Assembly (NCBI GenBank): GCA_963705295.1
Contig: OY970065.1
Span: forward strand, 192,001 to 256,000
Reading direction: 5' to 3'
Length of the DNA: 64,000 nucleotides
Source: Parachlamydiales bacterium
GTDB lineage: Bacteria > Chlamydiota > Chlamydiia > Chlamydiales > Rhabdochlamydiaceae
Shown here piece after piece: positions 39,270 through 48,341 of the stretch. The position numbers and the translations under genes were made by a program. The first letter of the stretch is position 1. Each line of letters starts with the position of its first letter. The notes under the pieces were generated by a model. That model did no database searches. It was not told the DNA's origin and saw only the letters and a program-made list of their open reading frames with translations.

Positions 39270-40853
39270 GTGATAAGATATTTGACTTTGATTTTACTGG
39301 TGTTTGTTTCGTGCACGGAAAAAAAACCTCCTAAACGATCTCATACCTTGCGTATGAATATTGCGCGGGAGCCACTCACCATGGACCCTCGGCAAGGTGG
39401 TGAACTGATCAGTTCGACGCTTCATTTTATTGCCTTCGAAGGACTCACACGTTTCAATCCGGATGGTTCGCTAACACCTGCGCAAGCAGAGTCGGTTGAA
39501 ATATCCGATGATAGAAAAACGTATCTTTTCCACCTTCGGAATACAAAATGGTCGGATGGATCTCCTGTGACTGCTCATGATTTTGAAAGAGCCTGGAAAG
39601 CCATTCTCTCACCGAATTTTTCTGCTCCGAATGCTCACCTCCTTTATCCGATCAAAAATAGTGAAAAAGCAAAAAAGGGTGAGGTTGCTCTTGATCAAAT
39701 CGGTGTCTATGTCAAAGACGATAAAACGTTGATCGTAGAACTCGAAAATCCGACACCTTATTTCCTTGATCTCGTTTCTTTCTGTGTCTTTTTCCCCATT
39801 CACAGCAAAATCGATCTCGAAGATCCTCATTGGATGCATGAAGCGGGGAATCATTTTATTTCAAACGGACCCTTTACTCTGAAATCATGGAAACATCACA
39901 ACGAAATGATTTTCGAGAAAAATCGTTATTATTGGGAATCACGCCAGATCCACTTGGATCAGATCCATGTCAGCATGGTTTCTAACGAATCGACAGCTTT
40001 GAACATGTTTGAAAATGGAGAGCTCGATCTCATGGGTCTCGGTATTTCCCCTCTTCCCAATGACGTCATTCTGGAATACTACCGTAAAGGTTATCTCAAA
40101 ACACAAGCGTCCCCCGGAACGTCCGTCGTTTGTTTTAATGTGACGAAATTTCCTTTTCACAATAAAAACATCCGTAAAGCTTTTGCCTTTGCCATTCATC
40201 GAGAAGAAATCATAGAAAATATCACACAACTCGGCGAAGAGGTCGCTACGAATATTATTTCACCCAGGCTTACCGATAAAATCATTTCTTATTTCAAAGA
40301 TAATGATGTCGTGCGAGCACGTGACTATTTTCAAAAAGGGTTAAAAGAATTGGGAATTGAACCGTCTGAATTTCCTTCTTTAACCTATTATTATTCTTTA
40401 GGAGATCTCAGTCATAAACTGGCCCAAGTCTTGCAACAACAGTGGCATGTTGCACTCGGTATCAAAGTCAATTTGCAGCACACAGAACATAAAGTTTTAC
40501 TCGACAGATTGAAAAACCACAATTATGAATTGGCACAATCGTTTTGGGTCGCTCAGTATAACGATCCTATGAGTATTTTGGAGCGGTTCAAATACAAAAA
40601 TAATGCCAAGAATTATCCCGGATGGGAAGATCCAGCGTATATCAACCTTCTTCTGAAAGCCGACAAAGAACAATCCCCCGAATTGAGAAATAAAACTCTC
40701 CTCGAGGCCGAGGCTCTATTCATGGAAGAAATGCCGCTGGCTCCTCTTTACCATTGGAGAACAGGTTTCATGATTAAAGATTACTTAAGTTATCAAGATT
40801 TCCCAAGAAATGGTTTTTTAGAACTAACCCGCATCTCTTTTCGAAGTGAGTAA
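39270..40853 (+). CDS. oppA: Peptide ABC transporter substrate-binding lipoprotein (OppA family)
   Basis: Lipobox-like FVSC; KWSDGSPVTAHDF, SNGPF, NIRKAF. Confidence 0.88.
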   Translation: MIRYLTLILLVFVSCTEKKPPKRSHTLRMNIAREPLTMDPRQGGELISSTLHFIAFEGLTRFNPDGSLTPAQAESVEISDDRKTYLFHLRNTKWSDGSPVTAHDFERAWKAILSPNFSAPNAHLLYPIKNSEKAKKGEVALDQIGVYVKDDKTLIVELENPTPYFLDLVSFCVFFPIHSKIDLEDPHWMHEAGNHFISNGPFTLKSWKHHNEMIFEKNRYYWESRQIHLDQIHVSMVSNESTALNMFENGELDLMGLGISPLPNDVILEYYRKGYLKTQASPGTSVVCFNVTKFPFHNKNIRKAFAFAIHREEIIENITQLGEEVATNIISPRLTDKIISYFKDNDVVRARDYFQKGLKELGIEPSEFPSLTYYYSLGDLSHKLAQVLQQQWHVALGIKVNLQHTEHKVLLDRLKNHNYELAQSFWVAQYNDPMSILERFKYKNNAKNYPGWEDPAYINLLLKADKEQSPELRNKTLLEAEALFMEEMPLAPLYHWRTGFMIKDYLSYQDFPRNGFLELTRISFRSE

Positions 40854-41468
40854 TTGGACGACTTCCTGGTCGGATGTTTGAGCAAAATCGAAATAAAATT
40901 GACCGACTGCTCCGAAACGTTCCGGTGCAAAAAGACAAACCGTCTCATCGACATCTTTTGAAATCCGTTTCAGTGTATCGGGTGGTGCGACAGGGACCGC
41001 TAAAACAATTTTTCCAGCACCTTTTTGACGGAGAGCATGGATGGCAGCTTTGATGCTCGCACCTGTTGCAATCCCATCATCGACGAGCAAAACCGTTTTT
41101 CCTTTCACTTCGACTCTTTTGTGCCCCTTTCGATAGAGAGCAAGCCGCTGCTCAGCTACCCTTTTTTCCCTTTCAACCTCTTGTTTGATATACTGCGCAT
41201 GAATTCCTAATTGCTCGATGATATCGTCATTAAAAATTCCGAACCCCTCCTCATCGATAGCACCGATCGCCAGTTCTTCATTGTCAGGAGCCCCAACTTT
41301 GCGGATCACCATCACATCTAAAGGCAAATGCAACGCGCCGGCAACAGCATGGGCTACGACGACACCTCCACGGGCAAGACCCAGGACAACACTCTTGGGA
41401 TCGTTTTTATATTTTTCCAGCTTTGTCGCGAGTTGAACTCCCGCATCGTCTCTATTTTTGAAGAGCAT
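40824..41468 (-). CDS. Type I phosphoribosyltransferase-family protein
   Basis: FKNRDDAG, LARGGV, RKVGAP.NEELAIGA, LLVDDGIATG, AVGQFY..F.QTSD. Confidence 0.85.
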   Translation of the reverse strand: MLFKNRDDAGVQLATKLEKYKNDPKSVVLGLARGGVVVAHAVAGALHLPLDVMVIRKVGAPDNEELAIGAIDEEGFGIFNDDIIEQLGIHAQYIKQEVEREKRVAEQRLALYRKGHKRVEVKGKTVLLVDDGIATGASIKAAIHALRQKGAGKIVLAVPVAPPDTLKRISKDVDETVCLFAPERFGAVGQFYFDFAQTSDQEVVQLLTSKRDAG

Positions 41469-41886
41469 CGTGGATATCGTGATCCCGAATCAAAAGTTTT
41501 TCATTAACACGAACTGGTTTAAGATACGCACGCAGTGCTTCATCAAAAAATATGTGACTACACCGATCGCCGCAGGTGAATAAATCGACGAAACAAGCCC
41601 CATATTCTGGGTACGTGTGAATACTCGCATGGCTTTCCGATAACATGATTACCATCGTCAAGCCGTGACCTGGAAAAACGTGCGCCTTATAATCCAAAAT
41701 TTGCGCCCCGCTTCTTCTCACAGCCTCTAGCATCACCTCTTGCAGCTTTTCTTCATTTTCAATACTGCCGGGATCACAAGCTAAATAACTCGCCAGAAAG
41801 TGTTTTCCCCTAAATTCATGATTCTCCTCACCAAATCCAGATATCAGATAGAAGGTAAAAACAAGCAAATAAATGACATTTCTCAT
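41452..41886 (-). CDS. speD: Pyruvoyl-dependent S-adenosylmethionine decarboxylase-family proenzyme with signal-peptide-like N-terminus
   Basis: GKH, F..HGLT, LSESHASIHTYPE self-cleavage motif, DLFTCG. Confidence 0.8.
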   Translation of the reverse strand: MRNVIYLLVFTFYLISGFGEENHEFRGKHFLASYLACDPGSIENEEKLQEVMLEAVRRSGAQILDYKAHVFPGHGLTMVIMLSESHASIHTYPEYGACFVDLFTCGDRCSHIFFDEALRAYLKPVRVNEKLLIRDHDIHDALQK

Positions 41887-41937
41887 AGGTCGGGGTATAA
41901 TACGCGACTTCGTATTTTTCGAAAACCACTAAAATCG

Positions 41938-41966
41938 TTGATTAATTCCACTTAAGACGATAATAT
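41938..41966 (+). promoter_or_regulatory. Putative sigma66 promoter of tRNA-Ser
   Basis: TTGATT-N17-TAATAT, 17 nt before the tRNA. Confidence 0.45.
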
Positions 41967-41983
41967 TATCTCTTTTTATCCAT

Positions 41984-42073
41984 GGAAAGATGGCTGAGCG
42001 GCCGAAGGCACGTCCCTGCTAAGGACGCGTACTCCCCAAAGGAGTACCGTGGGTTCAAATCCCACTCTTTCCG
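41984..42073 (+). tRNA. tRNA-Ser(GCT)
   Basis: Acceptor GGAAAGA/TCTTTCC + G discriminator; anticodon arm cgtcc-ctGCTaa-ggacg; long variable arm gtactcc/ggagtac; GGTTCAAATCC T-arm; CCA not encoded. Confidence 0.95.
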
Positions 42074-42083
42074 ATCGTCTGCA

Positions 42084-45000
42084 CTACCTCTTTTGTTGTA
42101 AGTTTAGAGAGAGTTTGGCGTCAATGTCGGGCAGGAGGGGACTTTTTTGAACGAGGGCCTCCTTCCGTGCCGCTTCAAAATATTTTTCCGCTTCTTGAAA
42201 TTTATGGAGGATGGCTCCGAGCTCACCTACTTTAATAAAAATTTCGATATTTTTGGGATCAAACTCGGCGGCTTTTTTCAAATATTGGTAAGCTTTTTCA
42301 GGGTCTTCTTTTAGAACAAAAGATCCAAGTCCAAAATAAGCATCCGAACACGTCGGTTCTATTTCTATCGCTTTCGTTAAATATTCCTCTGCTTTTTTCA
42401 AGTTCCCACGCTTGACCTCAACCCCTCCAAGTCCTACGTAATTACGGCCGTTTGGAGGTAGCAATTGCAGAGCTTTTAAATAATGCCCTTCGGCTTCATC
42501 AATTTTTCCTCGGTGGAAAGCGACATTTCCAAGTCCAGTGAAGGCATAGCTGTTATAACGATTCAACTCGAGAGACCTTTTATAATGGGTTTCAGCTCCG
42601 TCAGGATCTTGTTCAAAATCTACATCTCCAAATCCCGAGTGGGCGTACGGGTTGTTGGGATCTTTTTTCATAGCAAATATGAAAAATTTATTCGCTGCGT
42701 CTAATTCTTTTCGCTTGAGAGCTATGACTCCTAAACTTGCCCACGCAGGGGAGTTATCAAGATCTAGTGCTATAGATTCCCTGTAGAATTTTTCGGCTTG
42801 TTCTAGATTACCTTGTAGTAAGGAAGCTAATCCTAAACATAGATAGACGTATGGATTCTTTGGACCCTGTGTTAATTCTTCTTGAAGATACCTATCCGCT
42901 TCAGCAAATTTAAATTGACAGGCTAAAACTTCTCCTAATCCAAGCCGGATGAGCCTCATCTGTTCACGATTATTTTTCGGACACTTTTGCAGGGCTATTT
43001 CATGGTATCGCTGAGCTTCTTGAAGTTTTCCAAGGAAATATGCACAGGTGCCAAGACCGAGCTCGGCGCTACCATCTTCTGGGTTTAACTTGAATGCAGC
43101 TTCATAATAGTGCCGAGCTTCTTCTACTTTGTACTGAGCGATAGCAACCTTACCGAGACAAATTAAGAAACTGCTATAGTGTGGATGGGTTGCATGGACT
43201 GTTTTAAGTAGTTTTTCTGCTTCGGTATACTTTTTCTTCATGAGTAATTCGCGTGCTGCTACTAAAGTCTTAAGGGGATTGGAATCCATCTGTGTAGCGG
43301 CCTGCAAAGTCACTTTAAAGGAATGTGATGCACCTTTTGAAGCAAGGAAGTTTTCGATTTCCTTTTTTCTAAGAAAGACTGCCAGATCGAACGGTGTGTA
43401 TCCTTCCTTATCTACTTTATGAATGTCGGTTCTTAGGTCGCAGCAAATCCGCTGGACGATGGGAAGCCGTCCTTGACTCACTGAGTAGTGAAGAATGGTC
43501 CTTTCGGAGGGGCCATAAACTTCATTCGGATCAGTTCCAGCAGACAGTAAAACATCTACGGCAGGGAGATGTCCGGCACCAACGGCAAATGAAAGAGGGG
43601 GAAGTTGGTCGATGTCTTTGGGGTTTTTGATAACGGTTTTTTCTTGAAGGAGACGGTTTAGCATATCGACTCTTCCGAGCACTGCAGCGGTATGAAGAGG
43701 TGTCGACCTCGTAACTCCAGAGGGTGCATTGCAATTTGCTCCTGCACGAAGGAGGGCATCGCAGCTTTCGATGTCTCGACTAGCCGCAATACCCAGCGGT
43801 GTAAGAAGTTCTAGCGTCCGTTGTTCCAGATCGATTCCTGGAATCTTGCATACCATTTGAACAAGTTTAACGTGGTTTTTATCAATGCCGATATGCAATG
43901 CGGTGAGTTTGTACGGTCCGTTGGTATCATCGACTTTAGCGCCTGCTCTGAGTAATTCCTCAGCAGCCTCCACATGACCCCCGGATGCTGCAGCAAAGAG
44001 GGGTGTTAAATCGGTTTGAGTCGGGTCGTATATGATTCCAACAGCTTTAAACTCAGCCTTCACCTGTTCGATATTTTTGGGGCTTCCTAAAGGGTGAAAA
44101 AGACTTAAAGGTGTTTTTACCTTTTGATTGACATCGACCCCAGCAACCGTGCAGAGCCATGCTATAACCTTTGAATGACCAAGGCCGGCTGCCAGATGGA
44201 GAAGAGGAACTTTATCTTTTCCACATCTTGTATGAACATCTGCTCCGGCAGCAGCGAGTATTTGTGCACTATCCACACAACCTCTTGAAACAGCAGCACC
44301 TAAAGGTGTGTAAAGGTGTTTATTCCGTTTATCGATCTCAATTCCAGACCTATTCACCAACAATTCAGTGATCGGGTTGCTTCCTTTGATGGCTGCTAAG
44401 TGGAGGACTGTATCTTGGTCAACACCATTTTCTAAATTGACATCAGCGCCAGCATCTAAAAGGAGTTTAGCTGTTTCGATCTGCCCTGCCAAAAGGGCTT
44501 CAAAAAGAGGTGTATAACCTTTTCTATTCTTTCCATCGAGATCACGCACCGTTATACAGAGGTGCCGAAGAACAGAAGCTTCTCCGAGTTTAGCGGCTTC
44601 ATGAAGAGCCGTTGAACCGTCAGGGCCATTTTCCAGCAGAATATTTGGATACGTAAACAACAAGAGTGCTGAAACGACATCCCGTCTTCGATTCCGAATG
44701 GCGAGAAAAAGAGGGGTAAAACCGTCCAGGTTTTTCTGATTGACGTTAGCAATTCTGCAGAGCATATAGACAATTTCAGCATGTCCGGCTTCTGCTGCGG
44801 CATGGAGGGCGGTTTCTCCATTTGTTCCATTCATCTCATCTATAGAGGCTCCAGCCTCAATTAAAGCATTAACGAGCGGGATAAGGCCCATTTTAGAAGC
44901 AAGATAGAGGGGCGCATGATCGGATCCATTTTTGAGGTTCACCAGTTTTTCGAGTTTAGCTTTCTCCCATTTCAATTTATCCAAAAGAAAAAGAGCCATT

Positions 45001-45203
45001 TCGATATTCCCAGAATTCAAACAAAGGTGGAGGCAAGATTCTTTTCCATCGGTTAGGACGAGGGGATTTGCCCCTCCTGCAAGCATTTTACCTACAAGCT
45101 CTTCATCGCCCTCTTTAATACCCTTATGAAGATCGGTCATTCCTCCTGTTCTTTTCTGATGATACACTTTAGAACTACTACTAATCGGTTGTATAGATGT
45201 CAT
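42084..45203 (-). CDS. Ankyrin-repeat (about 17) plus TPR-repeat protein, putative type III effector
   Basis: Repeated TPL/TALH ankyrin motifs in the N-terminal ~620 aa; A..YY..A...P TPR motifs C-terminally; Ser-rich N-terminus. Confidence 0.88.
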   Translation of the reverse strand: MTSIQPISSSSKVYHQKRTGGMTDLHKGIKEGDEELVGKMLAGGANPLVLTDGKESCLHLCLNSGNIEMALFLLDKLKWEKAKLEKLVNLKNGSDHAPLYLASKMGLIPLVNALIEAGASIDEMNGTNGETALHAAAEAGHAEIVYMLCRIANVNQKNLDGFTPLFLAIRNRRRDVVSALLLFTYPNILLENGPDGSTALHEAAKLGEASVLRHLCITVRDLDGKNRKGYTPLFEALLAGQIETAKLLLDAGADVNLENGVDQDTVLHLAAIKGSNPITELLVNRSGIEIDKRNKHLYTPLGAAVSRGCVDSAQILAAAGADVHTRCGKDKVPLLHLAAGLGHSKVIAWLCTVAGVDVNQKVKTPLSLFHPLGSPKNIEQVKAEFKAVGIIYDPTQTDLTPLFAAASGGHVEAAEELLRAGAKVDDTNGPYKLTALHIGIDKNHVKLVQMVCKIPGIDLEQRTLELLTPLGIAASRDIESCDALLRAGANCNAPSGVTRSTPLHTAAVLGRVDMLNRLLQEKTVIKNPKDIDQLPPLSFAVGAGHLPAVDVLLSAGTDPNEVYGPSERTILHYSVSQGRLPIVQRICCDLRTDIHKVDKEGYTPFDLAVFLRKKEIENFLASKGASHSFKVTLQAATQMDSNPLKTLVAARELLMKKKYTEAEKLLKTVHATHPHYSSFLICLGKVAIAQYKVEEARHYYEAAFKLNPEDGSAELGLGTCAYFLGKLQEAQRYHEIALQKCPKNNREQMRLIRLGLGEVLACQFKFAEADRYLQEELTQGPKNPYVYLCLGLASLLQGNLEQAEKFYRESIALDLDNSPAWASLGVIALKRKELDAANKFFIFAMKKDPNNPYAHSGFGDVDFEQDPDGAETHYKRSLELNRYNSYAFTGLGNVAFHRGKIDEAEGHYLKALQLLPPNGRNYVGLGGVEVKRGNLKKAEEYLTKAIEIEPTCSDAYFGLGSFVLKEDPEKAYQYLKKAAEFDPKNIEIFIKVGELGAILHKFQEAEKYFEAARKEALVQKSPLLPDIDAKLSLNLQQKR

Positions 45204-45346
45204 GAAGATATTATAACAGATCCATTACTTAAAAATAATAAATAGTATTATTTATAAGCCTTTGAGGAAGAATTATTTAAATAGGTTGTGCCGCTCTTTT
45301 CTATTCCCTCTTCCTTTTTACGATGCCATAAGATAATTTAGCGGGT

Positions 45347-48085
45347 ATGGCTGAGTCACCCTCGAGTAAAATCCCGCCCAATTCTAAAGAGTCAGAGATG
45401 ATTGTGTTGGGATGCATGCTGACATCCATTGGGAGTTTGAATATTGCAGCCGATCAGCTGGAGGAAAAAGACTTTTATTTCGCTGAGCACAAAATTATTT
45501 TCGAAGTGTTGAAAGGGTGTTTTTTACAGGATAAACCGGCTGATGTTCATCTCGTGGCAGAAGAGCTTAAGAGAATGAATAAACTCAAAGCCGTTGGCGG
45601 AGTTGCCTATTTGACAACTCTTGCTCAGTATGCCGGAACAGCCGCTCATATTGAAGAATATACGGAGCTTGTTCGGAACAAATCTCTTTTAAGAAAAATG
45701 ATCCATGCCGCGCAAGAAGTCGAAAGGCATGCGTTTGACGATCCTGATGACGTTCAAATCACACTCGATGGTGCGCAGCAAAAATTCTTTCAAATCAGCC
45801 AAGCTGCCAATACTCTGAGTGGCATCCCGATTAAAGATTTGATTTCCGGTGCGAAGTCGGCTTCCCGATTGCCTTACTTGAAAGAACTGCAAGAAAAGCA
45901 AGAGAAGTATCAAGCCAGAGGACCAGGCGACTTAGGTATTACGGGAATTCCAACCCATTTCTTTGAGCTTGATAAACTGTTAAACGGATTTTCCCGTTCC
46001 AACCTCATGATTCTGGGAGCTAGGCCTGCGATGGGAAAAACGGCGCTTGCCTTGAACATTGCTGAAAATATCTGCTTCAAAAACAATTACCCTGTCGGAA
46101 TTTTTTCTTTGGAAATGACAGCAGAGCAGCTCCTCCACCGGATCATCTGCTCACAAGCCGCCGTCGAATCGGATAAAATCCAAACCGGCTCCATCAATGG
46201 GATTGAATACCAACGTGTCGTTTCGACTGTTCATAACATGCAAAAACACACCATGGTCATCGACGATCAACCCGGGCTCAAAATCACCGATCTGCGCGCT
46301 CGCGCACGCCGGATGAAAGAAGCACATGGCATCGAATTTCTCGTCATCGATTACCTCCAACTTCTCTCAGGCTCAGGAACCTTCAAAAGCCAAGAAAACC
46401 GGCAAATCGAAATTTCAGAAATTTCTCGCCTCCTAAAAACCTTAGCACGGGAACTCAATATTCCCATCCTTTGCCTCTCCCAACTTTCCCGCAAAGTCGA
46501 AGAACGATCCGACCACCGCCCGATGATGAGCGACCTGAGAGAATCAGGTTGTCTAACAGGCGACGCCCAAATAAAAGACGCAGAAACGGGCAAAATCTAT
46601 ACGATTAAAGAACTTGCCCAGCGCCGCAATCAAACACCCATTCTAGTTTATGGTATCGATAAAGATCTCAAATTAGGAAAACACCGGATGGTGAAAGCTT
46701 TTTATTCGGGCAGAAAAATTGTCTACGAACTTAAAACCCGTACTGGCAGAAGTATCAAAGCCAGCAGTAATCATCCTTTTCTAAAACTCGAAGGGTGGGC
46801 ACCTTTAGATACACTGCGTATCGGCGATAGAATTGCCCTTCCACGTGGTGGCAATTACAGTTCTCGACTGAAGTCTCAACATATTTCAGATGAGGGACTC
46901 TCATTATTAGCACATCTTTTAGGAGATGGATGCATTTTACCCAATCAACCTTATCATTATACGAGTGCGGATGAAATCAATATTGAGACTGTCGCGCAAA
47001 ATGCAAAACATTTATTCAAAATTCAATCGAGGATTGTAAGACAAAAAAACTGGTACCACGTTTATTTTCCAAGCCCTTATCGAATGGCTCGGGGAACTTA
47101 CCATCCTATAACTCTATGGTTTAATAAACTTGGAATTGAGCGAGTTCGTTCTTATGAGAAGCGCATTCCTTCCTTAGTTTTCGAATGTAATCATGATCAA
47201 ATTGCATTATTTCTAAGACATCTTTGGGCTACAGATGGTAATATTAGTAAGAAAGTTCTTAAGGGTCGAAAATCTTCCGCATCTATCTATTATGCTTCTT
47301 CGAGCAAAAAATTGTGTGACCAGACTCAACATTTATTATTGACTTTGGGAATACAAAGTACTTTATCAACAGTTCCCTCTTCGAAGGGATATCGATCAAT
47401 GTATCATTTGCATGTTCAAGGATCAACACAACAAGAATCTTTTCTCCGCACTGTCGGCTGCGCTGGCAAAAGAGGTGCCATCATTCCACTCCTTCTTGAT
47501 CAAATTAAACAAATCGAACCTCATCTAAATTATGATGTGATTCCAAAAGAAGCTTGGCAAACCGTCGTAACAACAGCTAAAAATGATTTCAATTTAAGTT
47601 GGCGAGAGGTCTGCAAAGGCATCAACACTTCCTACTGCGGATCGACATTATTTAAAGCAGGTATATCACGACAAAGAATGAAAACATTACATCAAACATT
47701 GCCATCAAAAGAACTCCTTTCTTTGGCAAATTCGGATGTTTATTGGGATGAAATTATTTCTATTACAGAATTAGGAGAAGAAGATGTCTATGATGCCACG
47801 GTTGAAAATGTTCACAATTTTGTAGCGAATGATATTCTTGTTCACAATAGCCTGGAGCAAGATAGCGACCAAGTGATGTTTTTACTAAGGCGGGAGTATT
47901 ATGATCCGTATGACAAGCCGGGGACGGCAGAGCTGATTGTGGCGAAGAATAGGCATGGTGGAGTGGGGAGTATTCATTTGGCTTTTAGGAAGGAAATTGC
48001 GCAATTTGCTAACTATTCACCTCTCAAGAGTGGTAATATGCCTGATAATGAGGAGGCGTTCTCGTCGTTTTCACCGGGATTGTAA
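45347..48085 (+). CDS. dnaB: Replicative DNA helicase DnaB with an intein (912-aa precursor, 479-aa spliced)
   Basis: GARPAMGKT, FSLEM, VIDYLQL, LSQLSR, DLRESG|...|SLEQDSD, VAKNRHG. Confidence 0.96.
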   Translation: MAESPSSKIPPNSKESEMIVLGCMLTSIGSLNIAADQLEEKDFYFAEHKIIFEVLKGCFLQDKPADVHLVAEELKRMNKLKAVGGVAYLTTLAQYAGTAAHIEEYTELVRNKSLLRKMIHAAQEVERHAFDDPDDVQITLDGAQQKFFQISQAANTLSGIPIKDLISGAKSASRLPYLKELQEKQEKYQARGPGDLGITGIPTHFFELDKLLNGFSRSNLMILGARPAMGKTALALNIAENICFKNNYPVGIFSLEMTAEQLLHRIICSQAAVESDKIQTGSINGIEYQRVVSTVHNMQKHTMVIDDQPGLKITDLRARARRMKEAHGIEFLVIDYLQLLSGSGTFKSQENRQIEISEISRLLKTLARELNIPILCLSQLSRKVEERSDHRPMMSDLRESGCLTGDAQIKDAETGKIYTIKELAQRRNQTPILVYGIDKDLKLGKHRMVKAFYSGRKIVYELKTRTGRSIKASSNHPFLKLEGWAPLDTLRIGDRIALPRGGNYSSRLKSQHISDEGLSLLAHLLGDGCILPNQPYHYTSADEINIETVAQNAKHLFKIQSRIVRQKNWYHVYFPSPYRMARGTYHPITLWFNKLGIERVRSYEKRIPSLVFECNHDQIALFLRHLWATDGNISKKVLKGRKSSASIYYASSSKKLCDQTQHLLLTLGIQSTLSTVPSSKGYRSMYHLHVQGSTQQESFLRTVGCAGKRGAIIPLLLDQIKQIEPHLNYDVIPKEAWQTVVTTAKNDFNLSWREVCKGINTSYCGSTLFKAGISRQRMKTLHQTLPSKELLSLANSDVYWDEIISITELGEEDVYDATVENVHNFVANDILVHNSLEQDSDQVMFLLRREYYDPYDKPGTAELIVAKNRHGGVGSIHLAFRKEIAQFANYSPLKSGNMPDNEEAFSSFSPGL
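46550..47848 (+). mobile_element. 433-aa intein with LAGLIDADG homing endonuclease
   Basis: Block A CLTGD, block B ASSNHPF, LAGLIDADG blocks LLAHLLGDG and FLRHLWATDG, block F VYDATV, block G VHN/S; interrupts RESG/SLEQD. Confidence 0.95.
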
Positions 48086-48087
48086 TT

Positions 48088-48247
48088 ATTAACGGGGGTC
48101 ATAAAAAGGTGACAAGATGCGCCGCGAGGCAAAGCCAGATTGATTCTCGCGAGGAATAACATTCTTGAATACGAAGGATTCCGAGCGAGAATCGATATGG
48201 CGAAGCCGCAGCAAGCAGGTTGTCACCTTTTTATGGCCCCCGTTAAT
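48088..48247. repeat. ~160-bp palindromic element, copy 2
   Basis: 28-bp terminal inverted repeats with one T/G mismatch (48088-48115/48220-48247); interior near-identical to the 14407 copy. Confidence 0.9.
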
Positions 48248-48271
48248 TATAATTTGAGTTTTCTATTCACC

Positions 48272-48300
48272 TTGGAAATATATCAGCAAATCGTTATAAT
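48272..48300 (+). promoter_or_regulatory. Putative sigma66 promoter of the second NTT gene
   Basis: TTGGAA-N17-TATAAT. Confidence 0.55.
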
Positions 48301-48341
48301 TTTGTCTCCTAGGGAGATAGAAAGGGGCAGGAATTTTCTCT

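Noticed and set aside
42073..45346. tRNA-anchored integrative element
   Set aside because: No integrase and no convincing duplicate of the tRNA 3' end near 45204-45346.
46140..48085. Chromosomal replication origin at the skew inversion
   Set aside because: The inversion is local, lies inside a coding region, recurs at several sites, and I saw no DnaA-box cluster.
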